This document shows, one piece after another, positions 27,697 through 40,969 of a stretch of 64,000 nt of DNA (positions are counted from its first letter, which is position 1; every line of letters begins with the position of its first letter). Position numbers and translations under genes: made by a program. The notes beneath the pieces were generated by a model. The model made no database searches and was not told the origin of the DNA. It saw only the letters and a program-made list of their open reading frames with translations. The DNA is from Bacteroidales bacterium (GTDB lineage Bacteria; Bacteroidota; Bacteroidia; Bacteroidales; GCA-2748055). The DNA lies in NCBI GenBank assembly GCA_041393235.1, contig JAWKKO010000005.1, positions 117,186 through 181,185 of the forward strand, written 5' to 3'.

Positions 27697-28857
27697 TTAG
27701 TTTTCCAGTGCGACATTGAACCGGATGAGGCTGACCAGGGCATGACCCAAATCGGACCGCGCACTCGGATTCCGGATGTATTGCAGGTTGGGCTGAATGG
27801 AATACCGGTCAAACACCAGGATCTTGTATGTCAGTTCCAGAACCAGCTCCCCTGCCGTTAACCCTGGAAACAAGGCCCGGTAGGGATTTCCCATGTGGGC
27901 ATAGGCAAATCCGATCCCCAGGGCATCGTGGTACCGCTCCGGCAGGACACCGTTCAGATGGAATCCGCCTCCCAGGTAAAAATCCACCTGGTTGATGGAT
28001 GCGGGCGCCACGCCGGCCTGCACGAACGTGCCCAGGTAGGTGTGGGGATGGTTGAATCCGCTCCAGAGCACCAGGTCCGTGACCCCGAACATTCCGTAAT
28101 TTCCCGGAGCTTGCTGCAGGGTGTCCCGGTAATCCGTGAACCGGTTGGTATGGTAATACCCTCCGATCCGGAAACTCTCGGGCAGATCGTTGACCCGGTG
28201 GGTGTGTTCGAGCTCCCCGATGATCAGGGCGCCCTCCTCGCGGCGGATGTTTGGTTGCAGGTTGTACCTGTTCGATTCCGGATCGCCCGGATCCCCGTCG
28301 TAGACTCCGAGTTTGAGGACCGTATTGTTCCGGGCCTCATAGGTGGCAATGAATGCAAGTGCCGCCATCGGGTAGATCGAGACCGGCACGTTCAGGGCGA
28401 TGCTGGGCGAGATTCCGAAGGAGCTGTTGATGAAGGTTCCGCCGTATTCCGTTCCCACAAATTCGGAATTCAAATCGTGCTGACCCAACAAAAGGGAAAA
28501 CCGGCCAAGGTGCTGTCGAAGGTAGTACTGGTAAAACCCGGTGTAATCGCCCGATTCGATGTTGGAAGCCACCTGCATGTCGCCGATGAAATCCTGGGAA
28601 GGCAACCCGCCGTGGGAATTCAGGCCATGCAGAAAGACCTCTCCCCCCTTCCACCATCCGGCGGCCTCCAGATCGAGCGTCAGCCCCAGCTCCTCCATGC
28701 CGATGTAGGCGAATCCCCGTTCCAGACCCCCGGAAAGGTTTTTGATAAAATCACCGGTGACGGAGGTCTCCAGTCCCAGCCATTTCTCACCGCCGGATTG
28801 CCCGCTCAAGGGGCTCAAAACCAAGCCGAGCCCGAAGCCGATCCACCATCTCCTCAT
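27697..28857 (-). CDS. Carbohydrate-selective porin, OprB-like
   Basis: Signal peptide [20 protein letters not shown]. The overall pattern ([17 protein letters not shown]...[12 protein letters not shown]...FINSSFG) resembles the OprB family. The ATG overlaps the MCP stop (ATGA). Confidence 0.7.
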   Translation of the reverse strand: MRRWWIGFGLGLVLSPLSGQSGGEKWLGLETSVTGDFIKNLSGGLERGFAYIGMEELGLTLDLEAAGWWKGGEVFLHGLNSHGGLPSQDFIGDMQVASNIESGDYTGFYQYYLRQHLGRFSLLLGQHDLNSEFVGTEYGGTFINSSFGISPSIALNVPVSIYPMAALAFIATYEARNNTVLKLGVYDGDPGDPESNRYNLQPNIRREEGALIIGELEHTHRVNDLPESFRIGGYYHTNRFTDYRDTLQQAPGNYGMFGVTDLVLWSGFNHPHTYLGTFVQAGVAPASINQVDFYLGGGFHLNGVLPERYHDALGIGFAYAHMGNPYRALFPGLTAGELVLELTYKILVFDRYSIQPNLQYIRNPSARSDLGHALVSLIRFNVALEN

Positions 28858-30524
28858 CCGTAGGCGTTTCGCTGCGTCAGACGGGTCTGTTGCTTTGCCC
28901 GCAGAGCGTTCGCGCTGTCCCTTTTTCCCGTTCCCGCTGTTTTTTCAACCGAAACAAAGCCACGCTTTCCATTGAATTCCACTTTGAAAAAGGAAACCAA
29001 TTCCTGCAGGTCGTCTGCCTGGGCGGCCAGCTCCTCCGCACTTGTGGCCATTTCTTCCGAAGAAGCGGCATTTTGCTGGGTGACGCTGTTGAGCTGTTGG
29101 ATGGCCTGGTTGACCTGTTCCGTGCCCAGGGTCTGTTCCTTGCTGGATGCGAATATTTCCTGCACCAGACCGGCTGTTTTTCCCACATCCGGGATGAGTC
29201 TCCGGGTCAGTTTCCCGGCGGACTCCGACATTTGCCGGCTGGTTTCAGACAACCGCACAATTTCATCGGCGGCATGTTTGCTGTGCTCGGCCAGTTTCCG
29301 GACTTCGGAGGCCACCACGGCAAATCCTCTTCCGTGTTCACCGGCCCGGGCCGCCTCCACGGCCGCGTTCAGGGCAAGGATGATGGTTTGCTGGGCGATG
29401 TCGTTCACCACCCCAATCTTTTCGGCGATGGCACTCGCCGCATGGAGACTTTTTTCCGCCGTGCTCGCCACTTCCAGGATGGCCGAATTGACATTGGCCG
29501 TCAGTTTCTCGGTGATTTCCGCATTGTCGGTGTTCTGGTGAATGTTGGCGGCCATTTCCTCCATGGTGGACGACACTTCTTCGGTGGTGGAAGCCTGCTC
29601 GGAGGTGGTCTGGGACAATTGCTGGGAAACGGAACTCAATTGCTGGCTTGCCGAAGCGATGTTCCTCGAATTCCGGATGACATTCTCCGTCGTGTTCCGC
29701 AAGCGTTGCACCATCTGATTGAGAGCCGTGATCAGCATGCCCACTTCATCGGTCCGGTCGGCCTGCATATCCACGGTCAGGTTCCCCTCGGAAACGGTCC
29801 GGGCAAAATCCACACATTTCCGCAGGTTGGCGGCGATGCCGCGGGTGATGAGGGTCGCCAGGACAACGGAAACCACCAGGGCAAGCACAATGGCCAGAAC
29901 GATCTGACGCATCGAGGTCTTTCGGATTCTTACAGCCTCCGCCTGAATGGGCGCCACCACCTCGTCTCCGAGCATCTCCTCCAGGACCGACAGGCGATCC
30001 ACGGCTTTCTGACAACTCTCGTCGGCAACGGCGTCGAGTCGAAACAAGACGGAGGAACCTTCCCTTTCCATGCTTGGATCGAGAACCAACGACAATGCCT
30101 CCTCAATCGCAGGGAGGGCGGTGGATTCAAATTCCGATTGGATGCCTTTGAACTCTGCCTCCATGGTTGCCAACTGAGCGCGGTATTCCTTCCCCCAGGA
30201 GGCGTCCTGGAGGGTTTCCTCAGCCGACGTGCTGTTATTCTTGATGCTCTTCTTGGAGGATTCATACTCCCGGGCAATGTCGGTCAGAATTTGATTGTCT
30301 TCTTCCGTCAGGGCCTCCATCAACATCAGCTGAACCGAACGGATGCCGAATTTTGCTTCCATGAAATTGTCAGCCAGATTTGCCGAGTACATCACATCGC
30401 GGCTGCTTGTTTCCTGAGCCTGGAGCACGAAAATGAAGCGTACGCCGGTCAGAATGAGCAAAAACACCATGACACCGAATCCGATCGCCAGTTTGGTGCC
30501 CACAAGAAGATTCTTCCATTTCAT
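28854..30524 (-). CDS. Methyl-accepting chemotaxis protein (2 TM, periplasmic helical sensor, HAMP, MA domain)
   Basis: ATG at 30524 gives [21 protein letters not shown]. The highly conserved signalling hairpin [36 protein letters not shown] is present. Confidence 0.9.
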   Translation of the reverse strand: MKWKNLLVGTKLAIGFGVMVFLLILTGVRFIFVLQAQETSSRDVMYSANLADNFMEAKFGIRSVQLMLMEALTEEDNQILTDIAREYESSKKSIKNNSTSAEETLQDASWGKEYRAQLATMEAEFKGIQSEFESTALPAIEEALSLVLDPSMEREGSSVLFRLDAVADESCQKAVDRLSVLEEMLGDEVVAPIQAEAVRIRKTSMRQIVLAIVLALVVSVVLATLITRGIAANLRKCVDFARTVSEGNLTVDMQADRTDEVGMLITALNQMVQRLRNTTENVIRNSRNIASASQQLSSVSQQLSQTTSEQASTTEEVSSTMEEMAANIHQNTDNAEITEKLTANVNSAILEVASTAEKSLHAASAIAEKIGVVNDIAQQTIILALNAAVEAARAGEHGRGFAVVASEVRKLAEHSKHAADEIVRLSETSRQMSESAGKLTRRLIPDVGKTAGLVQEIFASSKEQTLGTEQVNQAIQQLNSVTQQNAASSEEMATSAEELAAQADDLQELVSFFKVEFNGKRGFVSVEKTAGTGKRDSANALRAKQQTRLTQRNAYG

Positions 30525-30771
30525 ATGTTTCAGGTTTTGGGTTTCCTCATGCCAGAGGAACATGTACCGTGCAATATTACACTGCAACAACCCGTTTCCT
30601 GCCAGAATTTCCACGGGTTTCAGCTCCAGGAAAACCCTTGTTTTTATGGCGTGATTCCGCTCCCCGGCATGTGGTTTTTACCTGGTCGCACATTGTTTCT
30701 CCGGTTTTCCTTCCCGGTCTTTGCCAGCCCGGAGATTATGGGTAATTTTCTGGAGAAAAGAACACCGCTTC

Positions 30772-31851
30772 ATGATCCACAAAGAGTCCAAATGTTTGCA
30801 GGTCGGGGTGCTGGGATGCGGCCCCATCGCCCAATTCGCTCACTTCGAATCGTGCCGAAAAGCCCGGAATGCCGAGTTGTACGCCATCTGTGACCGGGCC
30901 GACGATCTGAGGGAGCGCATGGAAGCCGTGTGGCAGCCCCAGAAAGCCTATTCCGGCTACGACGAGATGCTGGCCGACCCCCGGCTCGAGGCTGTAATCA
31001 TTGCCACGGCCGATGCCTTCCATGTACCTTTGGCGCTGAAAGCCGTGCAGGCGGGGAAACATGTGCTCATCGAGAAACCGTTGAGCCATTCCCTTGATGA
31101 GTGCCGGGAATTAACCGGGGCTGCCAGGTCGACCGGCCTGGTGGTTCGGGTGGCCCACAACAAACGCTTCGATCCCGGCATCCAGTTTGCCCGGGATTTT
31201 GTGAACCGCCGCATGGGCGACATGTTGGCCCTGAAGGCCTGGTATGCCGACAGCACCCACCGGTACACCGTGACGGACAATGTCCAGCCCCTGCCCTACA
31301 AAAGCACCGGTGCAATCAAACCGGGATTCGATGAAAAGGCCGACAAGGAAAGGTACTACATGATGGCCCACGGCAGTCACCTGCTGGACACGGCCATGTT
31401 CCTGGGGGGACGGATCGGCAGCCTGAAGGCCCGGTTGAAGGAAGGATTCGGCGCTTGCTGCTGGATGATCGAAGTCGATTTCGAAAGCGGGGCCCTGGGT
31501 CAGCTCGACCTCACCGTGGCCGTTCGCATGGATTGGCACGAAGGCTTTCAGATCTACGGAGAAAAGGGAAGCGTGCTGGCAAAAACCTACAACCCGTGGT
31601 ATCACAAAAGCAGCGATGTGGAGTGTTTCTCCGAGGAGGACGGCCAGTATCACAGGCCCCTTGGAGCTGATGGCTTCACCTACCGGCGGCAGGTGGAGGG
31701 ATTCGCGGACGAGATCCTGCACGGGGCGCCGGGCACTGGAACCGGTCTGGACGAAGGCACCCACATCGTCCGGGGCATGCTGGCCATCCGGGAATCGGTC
31801 CGGAGCGGGAAAACCGTTCATCTTGATCAACTCAAACTGGAGGAATTCTAA
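30772..31851 (+). CDS. Gfo/Idh/MocA-family oxidoreductase
   Basis: N-terminal Rossmann fold LQVGVLGCGPIAQFAH and the EKP motif (HVLIEKPL). Confidence 0.85.
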   Translation: MIHKESKCLQVGVLGCGPIAQFAHFESCRKARNAELYAICDRADDLRERMEAVWQPQKAYSGYDEMLADPRLEAVIIATADAFHVPLALKAVQAGKHVLIEKPLSHSLDECRELTGAARSTGLVVRVAHNKRFDPGIQFARDFVNRRMGDMLALKAWYADSTHRYTVTDNVQPLPYKSTGAIKPGFDEKADKERYYMMAHGSHLLDTAMFLGGRIGSLKARLKEGFGACCWMIEVDFESGALGQLDLTVAVRMDWHEGFQIYGEKGSVLAKTYNPWYHKSSDVECFSEEDGQYHRPLGADGFTYRRQVEGFADEILHGAPGTGTGLDEGTHIVRGMLAIRESVRSGKTVHLDQLKLEEF

Positions 31852-32681
31852 TGGAACTGGGAATTTTCGCAAAAACCTTTCCCCGGCCCCGCCTGGAAGC
31901 AGTGCTGGATGCCGTGGCGCAGAACGGGTACCCCCGTCTGCAATTCAACATGGTCTGCACCGGGCTCACCTCCCTGCCCGATGCCCTACCCCCCGATCTG
32001 CCCGATGAAATCGCCCGGCAGCTCCATCTGCGAAACCTGCACATGGCGGCCCTTTCGGGCACCTACAACATGATCCATCCCAACAAACCGTTGCGGGAAC
32101 AGGGGCTACGAAACCTGAAGCTCCTGATCCGGAGCGCCCGGCGCATGGGTACCCAGAAAATCACGCTGTGTACGGGGACCTTTGATGAGCAGGACATGTG
32201 GAAGGCCCACCCGCGAAACAACAGCCAGGAGGCCTGGGGGCTGCTGTGCGAAAACCTGGCGGACGCCCTCGCCGTGGCGGAGGATGCTGGAGTTCAACTG
32301 CTGATTGAGCCTGAATTGGGCAACGTGGTGTACTCCTGCGCCCGGGCAAGGCAGCTGCTGGATGAGATGCAGAGCGAAGCCCTGGGAGCCGTGTTCGACC
32401 CGGCCAACTTCTTTGAAACGGCCCGGCCCGAAGAAATCCGGAAATTGATTTCGGAGGGATTGGATTTGCTGGCCGGACGCATCGAACTGGCCCATGCCAA
32501 GGACCGGAATCCCGACGGCTCATTTACCTTCCCGGGCAACGGCATCCTTCCGTTTGGTTTCATCCTGCGAGGATTGAAAGAGGCGGGGTTCGACGGCGAT
32601 CTGGTCACCCACGGTTTGTTGGAATCGGAGGCGGAGGCGACCCGCATTTTCCTGCAACGGGAGTTGGAGGCCATGGCATGA
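31851..32681 (+). CDS. Sugar phosphate isomerase/epimerase (xylose isomerase-like TIM barrel)
   Basis: 276 aa. The start overlaps the upstream stop (TAATG). The overall pattern is typical of the AP_endonuc_2/TIM-barrel family (LLIEPE..., IELAHAKD). Confidence 0.7.
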   Translation: MELGIFAKTFPRPRLEAVLDAVAQNGYPRLQFNMVCTGLTSLPDALPPDLPDEIARQLHLRNLHMAALSGTYNMIHPNKPLREQGLRNLKLLIRSARRMGTQKITLCTGTFDEQDMWKAHPRNNSQEAWGLLCENLADALAVAEDAGVQLLIEPELGNVVYSCARARQLLDEMQSEALGAVFDPANFFETARPEEIRKLISEGLDLLAGRIELAHAKDRNPDGSFTFPGNGILPFGFILRGLKEAGFDGDLVTHGLLESEAEATRIFLQRELEAMA

Positions 32682-33442
32682 ATCCGCACTTTCACCGGAG
32701 CGGAACGGGACAACCCCTTGTTTTCCAACACGGATTGGGGGGAAATCTCGAACAAACCCGTTTGCTTCTGGAGGGATTGCCCCGAACCGACTTCCTCACC
32801 ATGGATTGTCCGGGGCATGGCAAAACGCCGGCAACCGATCCGGAACGGATTTCCTTTGCCGGGTTTGCTGATGAACTGCTGGGGCTCTGCGACCGGTTGG
32901 GATTGGACCAGGCGGTTTTCGGGGGAATTTCCATGGGGGCCGGACTGGCGCTGCATCTGGCGGCTCATCGTCCCGAGCGGGTCCGGGCCCTGATCCTCGT
33001 CCGGCCGGCTTGGCTGGACCAGCCGCTCCCGGCGAACCTGGCGGTCCTCCACCGTCTGGGTGAATTGCTGGAGCGTGGCCTGGGCGAATCCATCCGGAAT
33101 GAGGCTTCTTTCCGGGAAATGAACGATGAAAATCCTGCCGCCGCAGCCTCCGTGCTGGGCCAGCTGACCCGTGAACAGGGAGAGCACACCGCCCGGCTCC
33201 TGCTCCGGATGTGCAGCGACCGGCCCATCGACAGCCTCCGGGAATTGAGGCGGATCCGCATTCCTGCCCTGATCCTTGCCTCCCAGGACGATCCTCTCCA
33301 TCCCTTTTCTTTCGGGGAATCCCTGCGGGATCACCTCCCGAAGGCCCGACTGGCCGAGGTACCCTCCCGCTACCGGTTTCCGGAAGAGCATCAGACCACG
33401 GTGTTCCGTGAAGTCGGCCGATTCCTGGATCAACTGGGGTAA
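32678..33442 (+). CDS. Alpha/beta-fold hydrolase
   Basis: ATGA overlap with the upstream gene. HGLGG oxyanion region and nucleophile elbow GISMGAG. Confidence 0.75.
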   Translation: MNPHFHRSGTGQPLVFQHGLGGNLEQTRLLLEGLPRTDFLTMDCPGHGKTPATDPERISFAGFADELLGLCDRLGLDQAVFGGISMGAGLALHLAAHRPERVRALILVRPAWLDQPLPANLAVLHRLGELLERGLGESIRNEASFREMNDENPAAAASVLGQLTREQGEHTARLLLRMCSDRPIDSLRELRRIRIPALILASQDDPLHPFSFGESLRDHLPKARLAEVPSRYRFPEEHQTTVFREVGRFLDQLG

Positions 33443-33447
33443 ACCGG

Positions 33448-34913
<1,466 letters not shown>

Positions 34914-35101
34914 GATGCAATATTTTCGTGTGCGACTCCATGCACCTGGAAGAGGGTAAGATACGATGAAATCTTCCCTGATTGAGCAGAATAATGTTAA
35001 AATCCTTTACATGAGTTTCTTTTCTCCGTACTTTGCAACTATTATGATTTTTTCTCTCTTAGGATTTATTCTTATTTAGAAATTTCTCCAATTGATATTG
35101 A

Positions 35102-37351
<2,250 letters not shown>

Positions 37352-37388
37352 ACCGACACAAATCACAGATTCCCCGGCGAGGACAAAG

Positions 37389-37419
37389 AAAAGGCAGTCA
37401 CAGCGCCTGTCTTTTTTTT
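37389..37419 (+). terminator. Putative rho-independent terminator after katG
   Basis: aaaaggcag (37389-37397) pairs with ctgtctttt (37407-37415). This gives 9 bp including one G-U pair, with a 9-nt loop. The hairpin runs into a T8 tract (37412-37419). Confidence 0.5.
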
Positions 37420-37447
37420 ATCTTGCTCCGGCAACGACCTTCGGAAC

Positions 37448-38311
37448 ATGAAAAAACACCTCCTCCTGCTCGGACTCGCCTTTCTGGTCCTGACCCAATG
37501 TGATTCCCAACCCCTTGAAAAAGGTCTGCTCTGGAAAATCACCGGAGAGGGCCTTTCCGCCCCCTCCTACCTGTATGGAACCTACCACATGCTTTGTCCC
37601 GACGATCTGGTCATCTCCGACGAAACAAAGCATGCTCTTTCGGATTGTGAGCAGGTGGTCCTGGAAATGGATCTGGATGATTCCGGGCTCATGCTGACAC
37701 TCCAGCAGGGGATGTTCTTCCAGGATGGCACCACGGCCGGGGATTATCTTTCGGAAGCGGATCATGCCCTGGTGGAGGCTTTCTTCGCGGAAAAAATGAA
37801 CATGCCTTTTCAGCCCATGACTTCCATCAAGCCCATGTTCCTGGCGTCCATGACCCTGCTCTACTACCTGGAATGCCAGCCTTCGTCCCCGGAGCAGGTC
37901 TTTGCCGGCATGGCTTCCGAACAGGAAAAGGAAGTCCTGGGATTGGAAACCGTGGCCGAGCAGATCGGCTTCATGGATGCCATTTCCCTGGAGGATGCGG
38001 CGAAAATCCTGGTCGGAGGCATCGAAGACCTGGACGAGGGACGGGCGATGACCGGAGAAATCGTCCGGACCTACCTGTCGGGTGACCTGGAGGGAATCCA
38101 GCAGGTGATCGACAGGCATCTGGGAAACGAATACGCCGGGATCAATGAAGACCTCATCCTGTCCCGCAACCGGGACTGGATTCCCAAGATCCGGACCCTG
38201 ATTCAAGAAAAAGCCTCCTTCATTGCCGTTGGAGCCGGACACCTGCCGGGCGAGCAGGGGGTCATCCGGATGCTCCGGGAAGCCGGATACACGGTGGAAG
38301 CGGTCCGCTGA
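37448..38311 (+). CDS. TraB/GumN-family protein (lipoprotein-like signal)
   Basis: N-terminus MKKHLLLLGLAFLVLTQC followed by GLLWKITGEGLSAPSYLYGTYHM, typical of this family. A late AVGAGHLPGEQGV motif is also present. Confidence 0.8.
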   Translation: MKKHLLLLGLAFLVLTQCDSQPLEKGLLWKITGEGLSAPSYLYGTYHMLCPDDLVISDETKHALSDCEQVVLEMDLDDSGLMLTLQQGMFFQDGTTAGDYLSEADHALVEAFFAEKMNMPFQPMTSIKPMFLASMTLLYYLECQPSSPEQVFAGMASEQEKEVLGLETVAEQIGFMDAISLEDAAKILVGGIEDLDEGRAMTGEIVRTYLSGDLEGIQQVIDRHLGNEYAGINEDLILSRNRDWIPKIRTLIQEKASFIAVGAGHLPGEQGVIRMLREAGYTVEAVR

Positions 38312-38329
38312 GAGAAAAGGAACGGGTAC

Positions 38330-40828
38330 CTAAAAACGACCGAAGTCGTAGCCCATGCCCTTCAGGGTATTCACCATTTCCTCCAGATGCAGGTACAGTT
38401 TGTCGCTTCGGCCCAGGCTTGTCCCGGGGTGCAGAAGCACATGGGCTCCGTTGAGCCTCCCTTGCCTTCCCTGGACATACAGGTCGGTCATCATCGCCTC
38501 ACTTGAACGATAATTGGGCATGTCCGGTGTCGTGTAATCCGCGTTGGTCCGGATGCCCGGGCTGAAGTTGACCGTGGTTTGCCCAAGTCCCGCTGCGATG
38601 GACACGACCCGACCGTTTCCCCATTCAAAGGGGGGCATGAAATGCGTGGGGGCAATGCCAAGAGATTGAAGTTCTGTCAGGTTGTCCATGATGTCGCGCC
38701 GGATCTCCTCCGGGGTACAGAGCAGGCGGTTGCGGTCTTCCCAGGAACAATACAACAGATGCTTGTCTGAGTGACCCCCGACAAAATGTCCCTCAGCATG
38801 CAAATCCCGCACGAGCTCCCGGTGGCTCCGGATGAAATCGCCGGTCAGGAAAAAGGAAGCAGGGATGCCCGTCTCCTGAAGGACCCTCCGGACATGGGGG
38901 AAGCCTTCATCCAGATCGTGTCCCGTAAAACAGAGATAGACCACAGGGGCGGTTGTGTCGGACCGGATTTGCAATCCATGGGAATCACAGACAATCTGCC
39001 GGTTCTTCGCACTGAGATAAGTGAGCACAGGAAGAAGCTCCGCCGAGCCGTCCAGGGTGGGTTCGTTTGTGCTGTAATCCATCCAATCGTCCACATAGAC
39101 GATGCGGGAGGGCTGCAAATGGGCGTATTCGTCCGGCCCGGACAGCTGAATCCCAAGCATCCCTTCGTGGATGGACGTCCAAATGGGACCGTCCACCAGA
39201 CTGCCGGGAATGGACTCCCCCTTCAGCCGCCAGAAGGGCATGTGCACATCCACCGGATGATCCGCTCCTTCGGGCAAACCGGTGATCATGCTGGTTCCCC
39301 AGGGATTCAGACCCAACAGCCAGTTCACATGGTCCTGGAGCAATGTGGCGTAGGTATCCGATCCCGTCATCTTTTCATACAACATGGCCTGTGTGGCGAC
39401 TGCCGCCGCCAGGTTGTTGGAACACCAGATGAACAAATGGCCGACTCCGTAAGGATTGGTGGCGGCCCGTTTCGCCACCCGGTCCAGGTTGTGTGCATAG
39501 TACCCGGCCATTTGCCTCCTGTCTTTTTTTGTGCCAACCTGCCACAATGCGTAGTGCCCCATGTTGACGAAGGGATACATCTCATAGTGCCGGGCCGTGT
39601 CCCGTTCCATCCACGACCAATCCCCGATGATCCGGGCATAATGCCGGGCTTCGCGCAGGAAGTGCTTTTCCCCCGTAATCCGAAACAGCAGGGCGGCCGC
39701 CCATTCCATGTCGTCGGCCCAGGTGTTCTCCTCGTACCGGTAAGGCGCCCCGTAGCTGTTCCCTTGCTGGTAGCCCTCCGTTCTTCTCCCCATTTCATAG
39801 AGATCCAGGGCTGCGATCAGGCAGCTGTCGGCAAAGGACGCATCGTCGTTGCGCGCCGAAAAGGCCAGGTAGCCCAAGGCCAGGGAGGCTGCCGAACGGC
39901 CGGCCAGGTTGGCGATGCCCGTGGCCTGACTCTGGTACCGGGTCAGACCCTGGGGCCTTCCCGTGGCAAAATAGACGGGTCGATAGCTGTTGGCACCCCA
40001 GCCATAGTCCGCGTTGTCGTCGTTAGGCAATTTGAAACCCCGGTGGTCCCGGTCGTCGGCCACCTGATGGTAGAGCTCGCCGGGACCGGGATGCAGTTTC
40101 AGAATCCATTCGAGCCCCCATCTGGCCTCGTCCAACACATCGGGCAATCCGTTGCTGCCCGGCCGGCCGAGGGCGTCCACGGCATCGGGAAACCCCACCG
40201 GATCCATCTCATGAGCCATCAGCAAACGGGCTGCGGTGTTGCTGCCGGTGATCAGGTACTTGAGCTGATCTCCGGCATCGTGCCATCCGCCGGTGGCATC
40301 GATCCGGCTGGAATCGGGCCGGATGCCGAAGAAACTCAAACCGTCGAGGGAATGGCAATGCACACCCAGGTAAGGATTGAAACCGCACCGCTGCGAACGG
40401 ATGAAAGCCACCACGTCTTCCTGCCATCGAGGGTATGTGGCGATCCGAAACGGCTCGCTGCGGGTTTCCCCCACGTCCGGCTCCCTGCATAGCAACGTGA
40501 AATGATAATGCCCCTCGGTTTCGAATGCGGAAAAATCAACCGAGTAGGTGTGAGGAAATGGGTCCCAGGACTCCTCGCGTACCAGGGCCGGAAAAATGGC
40601 CAGCGTTTCCCCGTCGGAATTCCGAAGGACAAGGTCGGGTCGGTTGAGTTCGACCCGACTCAAAATCAAGGCTTTCTTGGGGGCTTCCGGCCGGTATCCG
40701 ACCAAATTCACACGGATCTCCACGGGGGGTTGAGCGATCCCCTGCATCGAAGCCGGAACCAGGCAGAGACTCAGAAACAGGTGAAGGCCCCGTGGAAACC
40801 AGATCAATGGCCGGATGAGGTTGCCCAT
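38330..40828 (-). CDS. Fusion protein: glycoside hydrolase family 9 (with N-terminal Ig-like domain) plus C-terminal polysaccharide deacetylase-like domain
   Basis: GH9 motifs GGWHDAGDQLKY and YSTNEPTLDGSA. The C-terminal ~220 aa carry a deacetylase-like pattern (VYLCFTGHDLDEG...FFLTGDF...GHFVGGHSDKH). The ATG at 40828 gives a signal peptide. Confidence 0.85.
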   Translation of the reverse strand: MGNLIRPLIWFPRGLHLFLSLCLVPASMQGIAQPPVEIRVNLVGYRPEAPKKALILSRVELNRPDLVLRNSDGETLAIFPALVREESWDPFPHTYSVDFSAFETEGHYHFTLLCREPDVGETRSEPFRIATYPRWQEDVVAFIRSQRCGFNPYLGVHCHSLDGLSFFGIRPDSSRIDATGGWHDAGDQLKYLITGSNTAARLLMAHEMDPVGFPDAVDALGRPGSNGLPDVLDEARWGLEWILKLHPGPGELYHQVADDRDHRGFKLPNDDNADYGWGANSYRPVYFATGRPQGLTRYQSQATGIANLAGRSAASLALGYLAFSARNDDASFADSCLIAALDLYEMGRRTEGYQQGNSYGAPYRYEENTWADDMEWAAALLFRITGEKHFLREARHYARIIGDWSWMERDTARHYEMYPFVNMGHYALWQVGTKKDRRQMAGYYAHNLDRVAKRAATNPYGVGHLFIWCSNNLAAAVATQAMLYEKMTGSDTYATLLQDHVNWLLGLNPWGTSMITGLPEGADHPVDVHMPFWRLKGESIPGSLVDGPIWTSIHEGMLGIQLSGPDEYAHLQPSRIVYVDDWMDYSTNEPTLDGSAELLPVLTYLSAKNRQIVCDSHGLQIRSDTTAPVVYLCFTGHDLDEGFPHVRRVLQETGIPASFFLTGDFIRSHRELVRDLHAEGHFVGGHSDKHLLYCSWEDRNRLLCTPEEIRRDIMDNLTELQSLGIAPTHFMPPFEWGNGRVVSIAAGLGQTTVNFSPGIRTNADYTTPDMPNYRSSEAMMTDLYVQGRQGRLNGAHVLLHPGTSLGRSDKLYLHLEEMVNTLKGMGYDFGRF

Positions 40829-40969
40829 ATTCTTCAAAACTGGAATGAAAGAATGAATGGGTATGAAGATACGAAGAAAGTCATACCAACCGGATGGACA
40901 TGCTGTCATGGAAACCACCCGCTTTTCGGGAATACTCCTTACATTTGCCAAACTGCAAATGCCTGCGCC

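Noticed and set aside
40502-40969. The upstream part of ORF 40502..41827, which would extend the FG-GAP protein by ~155 aa.
   Set aside because: It lies antisense to the N-terminal coding region of the GH9 gene and has junk composition. A TTG at 40970 gives a proper signal peptide.
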